Assembly: GCA_047630355.1 (NCBI GenBank)
Contig: JBLHXN010000005.1
Location: 5,269 to 69,268, forward strand
Length of the DNA: 64,000 nt
Direction: 5' to 3'
From: Spirosomataceae bacterium
GTDB taxonomy: Bacteria; Bacteroidota; Bacteroidia; Cytophagales; Spirosomataceae
In this document: positions 18,864 through 28,549 of the stretch, one piece after another
How positions within the stretch are numbered: position 1 is the stretch's first letter
How the letters are laid out: each line of letters begins with the position of its first letter
Program-made: the position numbers and the translations under genes
The notes under the pieces: generated by a model
Seen by the model: the letters and a program-made list of their open reading frames with translations, nothing else
What the model was told of the DNA's origin: nothing
Databases searched by the model: none

Positions 18864-20270
18864 ATGAAATTAACAAAATACATATTTATACTCGCAGCGG
18901 GCTTATTCTTGAGCAGTTGCGAAGACTATCTCGACATAAACGATAACCCTAACGGAGCCACAACGCCGCCGCTGAGAGGTTTACTCGCAAACGTAACGTA
19001 CAATACTGCCGACAACGTCTATGAGCTGGGTAGTACGGTATCTTTTTACACGCAGTACCTTGCGTCACCAAATCAGGCAAGCCCGATTGATGTGTATGAC
19101 CGTATCAGTACCAGTGGTACGTGGGGTAGTATTTACGGGGTAATGGGCGATATCTACGACATGGAAAAATTCGCCACCGAAAATAATTCGTATCACTACA
19201 TAGGTGTAGCGAAAGTATTGATGGCGATTAACCTCGGAATGATTGCTGATTCTTACGGTGATGCTCCTTACAGCGAAGCGTTAGACTTTCAAACGATTGT
19301 ACCTGCGTACGATAATCAGGAGCAATTATACGGAGTTATCCAAACTTTATTGGATGAAGGAATTGCGAACTTAAACCGTACTAATGAAGGCGAGGCATTG
19401 CCAACTTCTAACGATTTCATTCACAACGGAAACGTAAGTAGTTGGATAAAAACGGCTTATACAATTAAAGCACGTTATCTCAACCACTTATCAGAAACGA
19501 GCGGTTACGATGCAAACGCCGTACTTGCCGCCGTAAGTCAGGCGTATACGTCAAACGATGACGATGCTGAAGTAACTCAGTTTCAGAACCGTAACCCGTG
19601 GGCACAAGTAGCCGTAAACAACGATAATTTGGTATTGGGTGGGTGGCTTTCACAGCAAGTCATTGATGCCATGAACGGGACAACCTTTGGGGTGTTTGAT
19701 CCGCGTTTACCTAAGATTACGAGTCCTTTACCGAACGGTGATTTCATTGGAACGGAGAACGGTGTTGGACGTACCGGAGACGGTGCCGGAGAGCAACGTA
19801 TTGTTTATCTCACTACGGATGGTTTTTATTCGTCCACTAGTTCGCCGTTGATTATTGCGTCTTACAGCGAGTTGAAATTCATTGAAGCCGAAGCCGCTTT
19901 CCGTGCCGGAGACCGTGCCCGTGCGTACGCCGCTTACATTGAAGGGATTGCCTCAAATCATATTAAGCTGGGCGTAAGCGATGAGGACATTGCTACGTTT
20001 GCGGGAAATGAAGCCATTTCAGTAGGGGCAGCGAACTTGACCTTGCAGAATATCTTCGATCAAAAGTACATCACAACTTTCCTGCATCCGGAAGCGTGGG
20101 TAGATGCCCGCCGTTTTGATTATCAGTACACAGATTTTACCGTGCCAGAAAACGATTTATTGAACGGTCAGTTTATTCGTCGCTTGGATTATCCTGATAC
20201 GGAATATCAGCGTAACGGTGGTAATGTGCCCGTGGTAGAACTATTGACTCGATTATTCTGGGATCAATAA
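18864..20270 (+). CDS. SusD-like nutrient-binding outer membrane lipoprotein
   Basis: Lies 13 nt after SusC. Lipobox 'LFLSSC'. TPR-like helical composition and a typical '..FIEAEAAFRAG' segment. Confidence 0.8.
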   Translation: MKLTKYIFILAAGLFLSSCEDYLDINDNPNGATTPPLRGLLANVTYNTADNVYELGSTVSFYTQYLASPNQASPIDVYDRISTSGTWGSIYGVMGDIYDMEKFATENNSYHYIGVAKVLMAINLGMIADSYGDAPYSEALDFQTIVPAYDNQEQLYGVIQTLLDEGIANLNRTNEGEALPTSNDFIHNGNVSSWIKTAYTIKARYLNHLSETSGYDANAVLAAVSQAYTSNDDDAEVTQFQNRNPWAQVAVNNDNLVLGGWLSQQVIDAMNGTTFGVFDPRLPKITSPLPNGDFIGTENGVGRTGDGAGEQRIVYLTTDGFYSSTSSPLIIASYSELKFIEAEAAFRAGDRARAYAAYIEGIASNHIKLGVSDEDIATFAGNEAISVGAANLTLQNIFDQKYITTFLHPEAWVDARRFDYQYTDFTVPENDLLNGQFIRRLDYPDTEYQRNGGNVPVVELLTRLFWDQ

Positions 20271-20298
20271 TATCACTATAGTTTAGTTGTAAAATTCC

Positions 20299-20340
20299 AA
20301 AGCCCGAACGTCTGATAGATGTTCGGGCTTTGTTTTCTTT
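20299..20340 (+). terminator. Intrinsic terminator of the SusC/SusD unit
   Basis: AAAGCCCGAAC (20299-20309) pairs with GTTCGGGCTTT (20321-20331), followed by TGTTTTCTTT. Confidence 0.7.
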
Positions 20341-20594
20341 AATAGTTCTGAAATTTTTATCAGGACAATGTTTTATTTAGCGTGGAGTACGTAAACGGTC
20401 AAGAGCCATCGGCTCGAACATGTTGTAACGTTGGATTTCAATCCATCGTCAAGAACGAGTAGTCAGACCCAAAATTTACCGAGTTTACGGCTTTCCTCCC
20501 ATAATTACCCAACAACAGAACTGTGGCAATACCACCTTTCAACTGCGTGATTTGGTGAAAAGTGAATTTATCCTTTGCAGGATTGAATATTGTG

Positions 20595-21176
20595 TTACTT
20601 CCCCGCTTTCAACCCTCGCTCCTCCACTTCTTTCTCCAACTCAGCAAACCATTCTTCACCGAAGGCACGAATGAGCGGTTCTTTCAGGAATTTATAAACC
20701 GGAACGCCGAGTTTATCGCCGAGGGTGCAGGCGGCACTGCAAATATCCCAACGGTCGTAGTTGAGGGCGTGGTAATTACCATACTTCGTGATACGGATGG
20801 GGTAAAGGTGGCATGAAATCGGTTTTTTGAAATCCGTTTTACCGTCTATATTGGCTTGTTCGATGCCACATTTGAGCATACCTTTTTCGTCGTAAACGGC
20901 GTAGGCACACTCCTTGTTGTCAATCGTAGTAGTCGAGTAATCGCCTTCAAAGTCTTTGACGTATTTTCCCTGTGCTTCAATGGCTTTAATACCTTCGGCA
21001 GAGAGGTAGGGTTTCACGTCCTCGTAAATATCTTCCAAAATGGCAAGTTCTACGTCTTCGAGCGGAGCACCGAGGTCGCCTTCCACGCAGCAAGCACCTT
21101 TACATTTACCTAAATCGCAGACGAAAAAGTTTTCGGCGATGTCATCACTGATGACTGTATCTTCAATTAATATCAT
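20595..21176 (-). CDS. DUF3109 family Cys-rich protein
   Basis: '[24 protein letters not shown]' plus further conserved Cys residues (..CAYAV.., ..LKCGIE.., ..ISCHLYP..). Confidence 0.7.
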   Translation of the reverse strand: MILIEDTVISDDIAENFFVCDLGKCKGACCVEGDLGAPLEDVELAILEDIYEDVKPYLSAEGIKAIEAQGKYVKDFEGDYSTTTIDNKECAYAVYDEKGMLKCGIEQANIDGKTDFKKPISCHLYPIRITKYGNYHALNYDRWDICSAACTLGDKLGVPVYKFLKEPLIRAFGEEWFAELEKEVEERGLKAGK

Positions 21177-21216
21177 GCCGTAAAGGTAATCAAAAACGAT
21201 TAAAGAGCTTACAACA

Positions 21217-21248
21217 AAAGCGGTCGGATAATTGTATCCGACCGCTTT
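21217..21248 (-). terminator. Intrinsic terminator of the OMT / lytic transglycosylase unit
   Basis: A 14-bp stem: AAAGCGGTCGGATA (21217-21230) pairs with TATCCGACCGCTTT (21235-21248). Confidence 0.65.
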
Positions 21249-21277
21249 GTAAATTGTCTAACCTTGTTTATTTGAAA

Positions 21278-23416
21278 TTACTTTTTTATCAATAATCGTT
21301 GCCCGATGCTGATGGTATTATCAGATAGGTTATTCCACGCCCGTAATTGATCTACCGAAACCTTGTTGTCTACCGAAATGCGGTAGAGGGTTTCGCCCGC
21401 GGCTACAGTATGATAATACGATGACGCCGAAGACGAACTGCTTGGTTGACTGTAAGAACGTGAACTGGCACTACTGCTACCGCCAACTTTCAGGCGTTGC
21501 CCTACGCTGATGGTATTGTCAGACATACCATTTAATGAACGAATCTGATCTACTGTAATTCCGTAATTTTTGGAAATTCGGTACAATGTTTCACCCGCCG
21601 AAACCATATGGTATTCTGCTGAGCTTGTTGTAACGGGCGTAGTGTAAGTATCGCTGTCACTGTCTGTATTGTAAGTAGTTGTTCTGCTGGGAGCGGGTGT
21701 CGGAGTGGTCGAAGTTGCCGCTGAACTGTTAATAATGAGGCGTTGATTAAACTGCAAATCCGCCGAAGCATTTAGGTTATTCCACTTGCGTAAATCATCT
21801 ACCGATACACTGTATTTACGAGAAATACTGTACAATGTTTCGCCGCGTTGCACAAAGTGCGACCGTGCCGAAGAACTTCCGGTAGTTGACGTCCGGTTTG
21901 TGGTATTGTACGAAGGAGTTTTCTTTTCTTCCTCAAACAACTTGTTTAACTGTTCGTCGCTTTCACTGATGACGATGTCGTCGTCCGTATTTTGTTTACG
22001 GTCAATGATTGATCTTCCACTACCTGCGGGATTGTCTTTCGGCTTCCGTTCGATGCCCGAACTTGTGGCAATATCCTTTTTGCGGGGTAAGGGAGTGGTA
22101 TCTTTTGATTGTGCTTCCTCGATTATTTCAATCGGTTGACTTTTTGGACGTTTCTTTTGTAACCAAACTATCCGACCTGCTTGCAACCGTTGCACGTTTT
22201 TTAATCGGTTAAACTTCAGCACGTTTCTCATCCGGATGCCGTACATGTGAGCAATGTCCCACATGGTTTCGCCTTCGGCAACGGTGTGATAAGGCACTTT
22301 TCCTTTGCGGGCTTTTGATCGCATATAATACACTTTACCCGTTTCTATTTCGTCGTGTTCGGTCAGGTCGTTGTATTTCATGAACTTGTAAACGCCCAAT
22401 TTCCCTTTAGCGGCCAATTGCGGAATTTCATCACCCGGCTGGGCTAAAACTCCTTTACGACCATTAATTTGGTAAATAATTGGCTCAGTTGCGGGAGCAT
22501 CTTGCGGCGTAAGGCGTTCCAGTTGTGGAAAACCAACATCCAGTTTCGCAATATCCTGACGGTTGTTAATTTGTCTTTCCAACTTATCAGCCTGATTGGT
22601 ATTTACCGGAATCAGCACATTGTAGTTCCTGTCATTCGGGATGCGATTGGCGTACAGCCAGGCATTGTATTTTTGTAAATCGTTGGGGTCAATTACGAGT
22701 GTTTTTGCAATATCGCTTAACGATTGCTGCTGCGTTGGGTAAACCACAAAACGGTAATCTGAATCACTCAAACGGTTAATACGATGTTCAAAAGCGATTC
22801 TGTGAGCCAATGCTTTCACCAAGTACGGATGCGTATCGCCGTCAAAGGTAACTTCACGGGCGTAAGACCAATTTGTGGGTAATTGACCGCTAACACCACC
22901 CGTTCCGAGGTTGTAGGTAAGCATCGCGGATACCCAGTTGTTTACTACTACGTTATTCCGTTTTAAATAAGTTGCCGCCGCTCGGGTTGACTGGAAAATA
23001 TCTTTTCGTTCGTCAATGGTTCTATCAATCCGCAGTCCCATTTCGAGAGCAGTGGGTTGTTTGAATTGCCAGAATCCAACCGCATTTGAGGTAGAAACGG
23101 CGTTTGGTTCAAGCGAGCTTTCAAGTACGGCGATGTATTTGAAATCATCCGGCACGCCCACTTCTTCCAGAATATCTTCGATAATTGGGAAATACCACTG
23201 CATTTTCTCCATTTTACGATTCAGGAATTCGCCTTCGGGCGTAAGTAACGCTTTGATTTGAGCATTCACAATTTGTTGTGCCCGTGGGGTAAGTTTGACT
23301 GTTACATCCGCGAATTCAACCCGCCGTGGAGCCTGCGGAATGCTGATGTCCTGAGAAGTGGCCATGGTGGTTCCTCCCAGACCAAACGTTAGAAGAAAAG
23401 CAATTATAATTTTCAT
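21278..23416 (-). CDS. MltD-like lytic transglycosylase with four LysM repeats and Ser/Thr-rich linkers
   Basis: SLT motif 'ESSLEPNAVSTSNAVGFWQF'. LysM modules 'HTVAEGETMWDIAHMYG', 'HFVQRGETLYSISRKYS', 'YHMVSAGETLYRISKNYG' and 'YHTVAAGETLYRISVDNK'. Confidence 0.8.
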   Translation of the reverse strand: MKIIIAFLLTFGLGGTTMATSQDISIPQAPRRVEFADVTVKLTPRAQQIVNAQIKALLTPEGEFLNRKMEKMQWYFPIIEDILEEVGVPDDFKYIAVLESSLEPNAVSTSNAVGFWQFKQPTALEMGLRIDRTIDERKDIFQSTRAAATYLKRNNVVVNNWVSAMLTYNLGTGGVSGQLPTNWSYAREVTFDGDTHPYLVKALAHRIAFEHRINRLSDSDYRFVVYPTQQQSLSDIAKTLVIDPNDLQKYNAWLYANRIPNDRNYNVLIPVNTNQADKLERQINNRQDIAKLDVGFPQLERLTPQDAPATEPIIYQINGRKGVLAQPGDEIPQLAAKGKLGVYKFMKYNDLTEHDEIETGKVYYMRSKARKGKVPYHTVAEGETMWDIAHMYGIRMRNVLKFNRLKNVQRLQAGRIVWLQKKRPKSQPIEIIEEAQSKDTTPLPRKKDIATSSGIERKPKDNPAGSGRSIIDRKQNTDDDIVISESDEQLNKLFEEEKKTPSYNTTNRTSTTGSSSARSHFVQRGETLYSISRKYSVSVDDLRKWNNLNASADLQFNQRLIINSSAATSTTPTPAPSRTTTYNTDSDSDTYTTPVTTSSAEYHMVSAGETLYRISKNYGITVDQIRSLNGMSDNTISVGQRLKVGGSSSASSRSYSQPSSSSSASSYYHTVAAGETLYRISVDNKVSVDQLRAWNNLSDNTISIGQRLLIKK

Positions 23417-23419
23417 GAG

Positions 23420-24061
23420 TCAAGCAAGTTTACGAGCCAGCATTATGCCGTCTCTGATGGGTAATAAAATATTTTCTGTGCGGGGGTCTTGTTGTACGTA
23501 ATCGTTAAAAGCCCGGATGGCCGCGGTTTTTTTGTCGCGGGCGGCTTCGTTTACGATTTTCCCGTCCCACAATACGTTGTCTATTAATATGTGACCGCCA
23601 ATTCGGACTTTGTCAATTAGTAGGTCGTAGTACTTTTGGTAGTTTGTTTTATCAGCGTCAATGAATACTAAATCCACCACTTCGTTGATTGTCGGAATAA
23701 TCTCAGCAGCATCTCCAATTCGGAAATCAATTTGGTTTTTCAACGGAGAATCTTTCAAATACTTTGAGGTAAAGCTTTCTATTTCTTCGTTAATGTCAAT
23801 TGTAATTAATTTGCCGTCGGGAGTTAAACCTTCGGCGAGGCAAAGTGCCGAATATCCCGTAAAAGTGCCGATTTCGAGAATACAGCTTGGGTGAACCATG
23901 TGTGAAATCATGGATAAAAAACGACCCTGAAAATGTCCGGAAAGCATACGCGGTTGTAAAACCTGTGCGTGGGTATCACGATTTAATTGCCGCAGCAAGG
24001 GAGATTCCGTCGTAGTGTGTTGCTGGCAGTACGCCGCAATCTTTGGATCAACGATTTCCAT
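23420..24061 (-). CDS. Class I SAM-dependent O-methyltransferase (caffeoyl-CoA OMT-like family 3)
   Basis: 'ILEIGTFTGYSALCLAEGL', 'VFIDADKTNYQKY' and 'GGHILIDNVLWDG'. Only 3 nt upstream of the next gene. Confidence 0.8.
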   Translation of the reverse strand: MEIVDPKIAAYCQQHTTTESPLLRQLNRDTHAQVLQPRMLSGHFQGRFLSMISHMVHPSCILEIGTFTGYSALCLAEGLTPDGKLITIDINEEIESFTSKYLKDSPLKNQIDFRIGDAAEIIPTINEVVDLVFIDADKTNYQKYYDLLIDKVRIGGHILIDNVLWDGKIVNEAARDKKTAAIRAFNDYVQQDPRTENILLPIRDGIMLARKLA

Positions 24062-24199
24062 GAATTATCTTTAAAGCACGTAACAACCGTTCATAGGTTG
24101 AGATTTGTTACACAAAATATGGAAATATGTTTTTTATATCCAAATTTTAATTAATTTTATATTTTCAGAAAGTATTGAAAATAAAGAGCTCCTTAATAA

Positions 24200-24925
24200 A
24201 TGCAACAATTGGTGAACGCCGCAATCGATTTTGGAAATACGTACGCCAAACTTGGTTTTTTTACGGGAACGGAAATGACGGAGTTTTACCACGGGCTCCG
24301 CATTGAGAAAGTAAGAGTTTTATTGAATAAAAAAGCACCCACAAACCTGATTATTGCTTCCGTGACCAAAAGTCCGGCTGATTTAGAAAAGCTTTTTGTT
24401 AAATTTTCTAAAAAAATAATTCTTGGCTCGGGCACGCCTTTACCCATTAAAAACGACTACGCGACACCCGAAACGCTGGGCTACGATCGTTTGGCGGCGG
24501 CGGTGGGGGCGAACGTACGGTTTCCTGACCAACCGGTGCTTATCATTGATATGGGAACGGCGATAAAATATGACTTCATTACAGCCGGAGGGTTGTTTAA
24601 AGGTGGTATTATCTCACCGGGAATGAAAATGAGGTTTAAAGCTTTGCATACGTTTACCAAGAAACTTCCCTTGCTTGAACCTGACGGTATTCCGCTATTG
24701 GTGGGTGATAGTACGGCAAGTTGTATCCGCAGCGGAGTCATAAACGGAATCATTGCCGAGGTCAATGGGATTATAGAACGTTACAACCAATATCCTGATT
24801 TGCAGGTCGTTCTTTGTGGGGGCGATGCTCCTTTCTTTGAAAGTCAAATAAAATACCCGAAATTTGCGGCTTCCAATTTGGTTTTGGAGGGTCTGAACAG
24901 AATATTACTATACAATGTTGAATAA
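24200..24925 (+). CDS. coaX: Type III pantothenate kinase
   Basis: 'AIDFGNTYAKLGFF' (DxGNT), 'GYDRLAAAVGA', 'IIDMGTAIKYD' and 'VVLCGGDAPFF'. Confidence 0.85.
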   Translation: MQQLVNAAIDFGNTYAKLGFFTGTEMTEFYHGLRIEKVRVLLNKKAPTNLIIASVTKSPADLEKLFVKFSKKIILGSGTPLPIKNDYATPETLGYDRLAAAVGANVRFPDQPVLIIDMGTAIKYDFITAGGLFKGGIISPGMKMRFKALHTFTKKLPLLEPDGIPLLVGDSTASCIRSGVINGIIAEVNGIIERYNQYPDLQVVLCGGDAPFFESQIKYPKFAASNLVLEGLNRILLYNVE

Positions 24926-26210
24926 AATTTTCGGTCTGAGCGGCCTCTTTATATTACTTGTTTCTACGCAGGTCTTTTCTCAAGGTCAGGGAAACTCTCC
25001 TTACTCAGTTTTCGGGCTCGGTGAGCCGGCGAGTATGACAAACATTCCGCAGGATGCGATGGGTGGAACGGGGGTTTCGTTCGGAAACACCTTTTACGTT
25101 AATTTATTGAACCCCGCTCTTTTGGTGAAAAACCGATCGGTGGGTATATATAAGTACGTTGCCTTCAATGTAGGTTTGAAAGGTCGCTCCAGTACTATTT
25201 CAAACGCTACTAATACGCAGCAGGATTTGGGAATGAACCTGAACCACATCGCGATGGCATTTCCAATTACACCCAACTGGGCATCAGGCATTTCATTGCA
25301 GCCCGTAACTATTGTGGATCACGTAGCACTTCAGCAACGTGCCGTAACGGGAACCTTAAACGACGTAGTTACCTATAATCTGGAAAGCAACGGTGGATTA
25401 ACCCGCATAGCGTGGACAAATTCATTTAAAATTGGAACGGGACTTTATTTGGGTTTGGAAACGTCGTATAATTTTGGAACAACGTTCCGGGATACAACAT
25501 CGTCTTTGGGTTCTGGTGGTACTACTTTACTACGAAATACCGACCGGACTTCGTTAAAAGGTTATTCATTGAAAACCGGATTTGCGTACCAGAAAAAGAT
25601 AAGTGACGACTGGCAAGTAAATATTGGTGGAACTTACGAGTTTAATTCAAAACTTAAAGGTGAAAAGCTCCGGACGTTCTCTACATTGGCTGATATTGGC
25701 AACGGTCCCGTATTGGTCCGGATACCGGATACGCTTTCTATTGGTAACGTAAATTCTACTTTACCCAGCAACTACCGAATCGGCGTAAGTTTTGAAAGTC
25801 CTTACAAATGGATTTTTGCGGCGGAATACGCCGGGCAGCAATGGTCAAATTTTCGTGGTACTAACGGGCGAGCAAGTTCAGCAATGCAGGATTCTCAGGA
25901 ATTTAATACCGGAATCGAATTACTACCCAATAGTACTTCTACGAAATATTTCAATCAGGTATTTTATCGCGTTGGCTTTCGCACTGCACAAACTCCGTAC
26001 GTTATTAATGGCATTCGGGTAAATGATAGAAGCGTTTCGCTTGGCTTATCGCTTCCTTTAGGTTTCCGTAATCCAAGTTACCTTGACACGAGCGTTTCAT
26101 TTGGCCGTCGGGGTTCAATCGAAAATGGACTAATTGAAGAAAATTACATTAAGTTTGGCGTAAGTACTTCGCTGCTTAGTACCTGGTTTATTAAGCCAAG
26201 AATTGACTAA
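24915..26210 (+). CDS. Predicted outer-membrane beta-barrel protein (uncharacterised, FadL/porin-like)
   Basis: Signal peptide 'LVSTQVFSQG'. Alternating hydrophobic beta-strand pattern throughout. Overlaps the coaX stop by 11 nt. No specific family recognised. Confidence 0.4.
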   Translation: MLNKIFGLSGLFILLVSTQVFSQGQGNSPYSVFGLGEPASMTNIPQDAMGGTGVSFGNTFYVNLLNPALLVKNRSVGIYKYVAFNVGLKGRSSTISNATNTQQDLGMNLNHIAMAFPITPNWASGISLQPVTIVDHVALQQRAVTGTLNDVVTYNLESNGGLTRIAWTNSFKIGTGLYLGLETSYNFGTTFRDTTSSLGSGGTTLLRNTDRTSLKGYSLKTGFAYQKKISDDWQVNIGGTYEFNSKLKGEKLRTFSTLADIGNGPVLVRIPDTLSIGNVNSTLPSNYRIGVSFESPYKWIFAAEYAGQQWSNFRGTNGRASSAMQDSQEFNTGIELLPNSTSTKYFNQVFYRVGFRTAQTPYVINGIRVNDRSVSLGLSLPLGFRNPSYLDTSVSFGRRGSIENGLIEENYIKFGVSTSLLSTWFIKPRID

Positions 26211-26234
26211 TATTTTTCAGAAAAAAAGCAGGTT

Positions 26235-26759
26235 TCAAAATATGAAAAGTCCCGTTACGTAAATTGCGTAACGGGACTTTCGTCTTAGATCAATTCCGAG
26301 TCGTACCGATGGCACTTTTGTGACCAGATCATGCATTAATTCACGTAACTTCTGAAGTTTATCTGACCACAGAATAGCATAATGTTCTAAGTCTTCCAGT
26401 TTGATTAGCTCAGATTGGGTAATATGCTGATGAGCAATGCGGGCGGACTCAATCGGAATAATCTTATCGGCTTTTGAGTGCACAATTATTACTTCCTTCA
26501 CGTGAGGAATTTTGTTGGCGTAGTGGGCCATGTTCATATCATCTATTTGAAAACAGGTGTCCGCTTCAAAGGTAGCCGCAACTTTATTAATGGTTCTGTT
26601 TGTCAGCCCCAGAAAGTCTTTCATTCCGTCGATTCGGTCTTTGAAGTTATGAGGAGTTGTAACCACAATCCACTGGTCAATAGGTGATTCAGGGACGTTA
26701 CTTGCTGTCAAACTTGAAGAATTCTTAAAAGGTGTTGCTAAAAAAGGGTTCTTCTTCAT
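26235..26759 (-). CDS. Hypothetical protein resembling only the C-terminal half of an alpha/beta hydrolase (possibly truncated or decaying)
   Basis: 'EVIIVHSKADKIIPIESARIAHQHI..LEDLEHYAILW' looks like the Asp/His end of the fold. No GxSxG is present anywhere. The last ~15 codons are translated from the terminator hairpin of the convergent gene. Confidence 0.35.
   Translation of the reverse strand: MKKNPFLATPFKNSSSLTASNVPESPIDQWIVVTTPHNFKDRIDGMKDFLGLTNRTINKVAATFEADTCFQIDDMNMAHYANKIPHVKEVIIVHSKADKIIPIESARIAHQHITQSELIKLEDLEHYAILWSDKLQKLRELMHDLVTKVPSVRLGIDLRRKSRYAIYVTGLFIF
26246..26285 (+). terminator. Intrinsic terminator after the beta-barrel gene
   Basis: A 14-bp stem: AAAGTCCCGTTACG (26246-26259) pairs with CGTAACGGGACTTT (26267-26280). 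Confidence 0.6.
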
Positions 26760-27115
26760 ATCTGCTCTTCGATACTTTTCGTGATGGCAGATTTCACATC
26801 GCCGGTGTGCTTTGTGGTCTTAGATTCTATGAGCATGATGTGGCATTCTTCCGTTGCCGAAACACGGTGGTTTACGCCTTTTTTTACCACGAGTAAATCT
26901 CCAGTGTTCATGATTTCGTTGGGTTCGTTTTCGATTTCCATCAACAACGAGCCGCGTACGATGTAGAATAATTCGTCTTCTTCGGCGTGATTGTGCCACG
27001 GAATGTCCTCGCCTTTTATCTTCGCAATTTTTACGTATTGGTCGTTTACTTCGCCAATTATTTTCGGGGAAAAGTATTCGGTTACTTGTTGGAGGGCTTG
27101 TGCTAAGTTCTTCAT
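26756..27115 (-). CDS. Cupin domain protein
   Basis: 'IPWHNHAEEDELFYIVRGSL' and 'VVKKGVNHRV' are cupin motifs 1 and 2. ATG at 27115 preferred. Its stop overlaps the next start (ATGA). Confidence 0.7.
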   Translation of the reverse strand: MKNLAQALQQVTEYFSPKIIGEVNDQYVKIAKIKGEDIPWHNHAEEDELFYIVRGSLLMEIENEPNEIMNTGDLLVVKKGVNHRVSATEECHIMLIESKTTKHTGDVKSAITKSIEEQI

Positions 27116-27433
27116 GCGGTGAATTTTTGGTAGTGTTAATAGAATGTATGATTGTAGTCTTTTCACTGCAAAGCCGCGAAGTAAATATTTACGTATTCTT
27201 TTCCCCAATGAAATTGCGTCAATTCTATTGGGGCTTCGTGCCTTTGCGGTTATCGATATTTGACCGGAATGTAATTCAGAGTGAGAAAGTTTTGTCCCAT
27301 CATATCATTTTGAAAAACAGACCGAATTTAGTAATGAGCAAAATAAGTAAAAGAATTCAAGAATTGTAGCCGTTACTTTTGTTCACAATTTATTTCTCTA
27401 ATTTCGGAAGTTAAAACTTAATAACCCTACTTT

Positions 27434-28267
27434 ATGTCACCATTCCGATTTTGTAAAAACCTTTTGCTGTGTTCTTTAACAGCCGTAGTATTCTACGCTT
27501 GCCAACACAACCCGTACCGACAGACCAATAAAGCTTATAAAAAGCAAGCGAAGGCGTTCGGGAAGGTTATTTCACAGAAAGAATTACGTGATACGGCGAG
27601 TTATATAACACCCGTAAAGTGGGTGGGTACAACGAATTTCAATATGAGGAAACCTAACCTCGTGGTCATTCACCACACGGCACAAAATAGTTGCGACCAA
27701 ACGTTGAAAACTTTCACAATGCCCCGCACAAGCGTTAGTGCTCATTACGTGATTTGCGAAGACGGAACGGTGCATCACATGCTCAACGATTACTTGCGGG
27801 CGTGGCACGGCGGAGTAGGGAAGTGGGGAAATATCACGGAGGTAAACTCCACCAGCATCGGAATTGAAATTGACAACGACGGCTTTGAGAAGTTCGCGGA
27901 AAAGCAAATGGTTTCGTTAGAGCTATTGCTCACGCAGCTCAAAAAAGCGTACAATATTCCACAGGCAAATTTTATTGGTCACGCTGATATTGCCCCAACC
28001 CGTAAGAATGATCCAAATGTAAATTTTGATTGGAGACGCATCGCCGATAAAGGCTTCGGGAATTGGTATGGCGATACCACAAATGTGCAAGTTCCTCCCG
28101 ATTTTAAACCGCTTTTAGCACTAAAAATGATTGGCTATGACATCAGAGATTCTACCGCTACCCTTACAACTTTCAAACGTAAGTTTTTACAAAACGAAGA
28201 TCGCAAACCCTTGACTAATAGTGATAAGAAAGTTCTTTATGCCGTTTGGATAGAAGCGATGAAGTGA
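27434..28267 (+). CDS. N-acetylmuramoyl-L-alanine amidase (Amidase_2 / AmpD-like), lipoprotein
   Basis: Lipobox 'VFYAC', 'LVVIHHTAQNS', 'VSAHYVICEDGTVHHM', 'AWHGGVGKWG', 'SIGIEIDN' and 'IGHADIAPTRKNDP'. Confidence 0.8.
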   Translation: MSPFRFCKNLLLCSLTAVVFYACQHNPYRQTNKAYKKQAKAFGKVISQKELRDTASYITPVKWVGTTNFNMRKPNLVVIHHTAQNSCDQTLKTFTMPRTSVSAHYVICEDGTVHHMLNDYLRAWHGGVGKWGNITEVNSTSIGIEIDNDGFEKFAEKQMVSLELLLTQLKKAYNIPQANFIGHADIAPTRKNDPNVNFDWRRIADKGFGNWYGDTTNVQVPPDFKPLLALKMIGYDIRDSTATLTTFKRKFLQNEDRKPLTNSDKKVLYAVWIEAMK

Positions 28268-28549
28268 GTGGTGGTTGAGTTTAAATTGCTTATTTGTGTA
28301 ATTATAGGTTTTTATTTTGCGTATATTTAGGTACTTTTTTTATAATCAGGTATTTATTGGTGTAGATATAGATATTATTTATAGTAAATTTTGTGTAAAA
28401 TAGTATTTGCAATAAAAAAATGGGAAATAATGTGACTTTTTAAGTTTTAAGTTATAATTATTCAACTTTATTAGAATAAAGTTTTGCAACATTTGATTAA
28501 TGGTCTTACTTTTTGAAAAAATTTAATAACTAATTAATCTAAATGTCAC

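Noticed and set aside
20431-20446. tRNA T-arm-like 'TTGGATTTCAATCCAT'.
   Set aside because: The loop is only 4 nt when paired (TGGAT/ATCCA). No acceptor, D or anticodon arms can be built around it.
20489-20499. Minus-strand 'GGAGGAAAGCC' resembling the RNase P RNA 'GAGGAAAGTCC' core.
   Set aside because: The available spacer is too short. The other universally conserved RNase P blocks (for example the ACAGAA..CCGGCUUA region) are absent.
20562-21113. Plus-strand ORFs 20562-20816 and 20856-21113.
   Set aside because: They are antisense to the DUF3109 gene, which has the conserved Cys-rich signature. These ORFs have no recognisable motifs.
27100-27369. An 89-aa ORF in the divergent spacer between the cupin and amidase genes.
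   Set aside because: It starts inside the cupin gene on the opposite strand, has no motif, and has the AT-rich codon usage typical of a promoter region.
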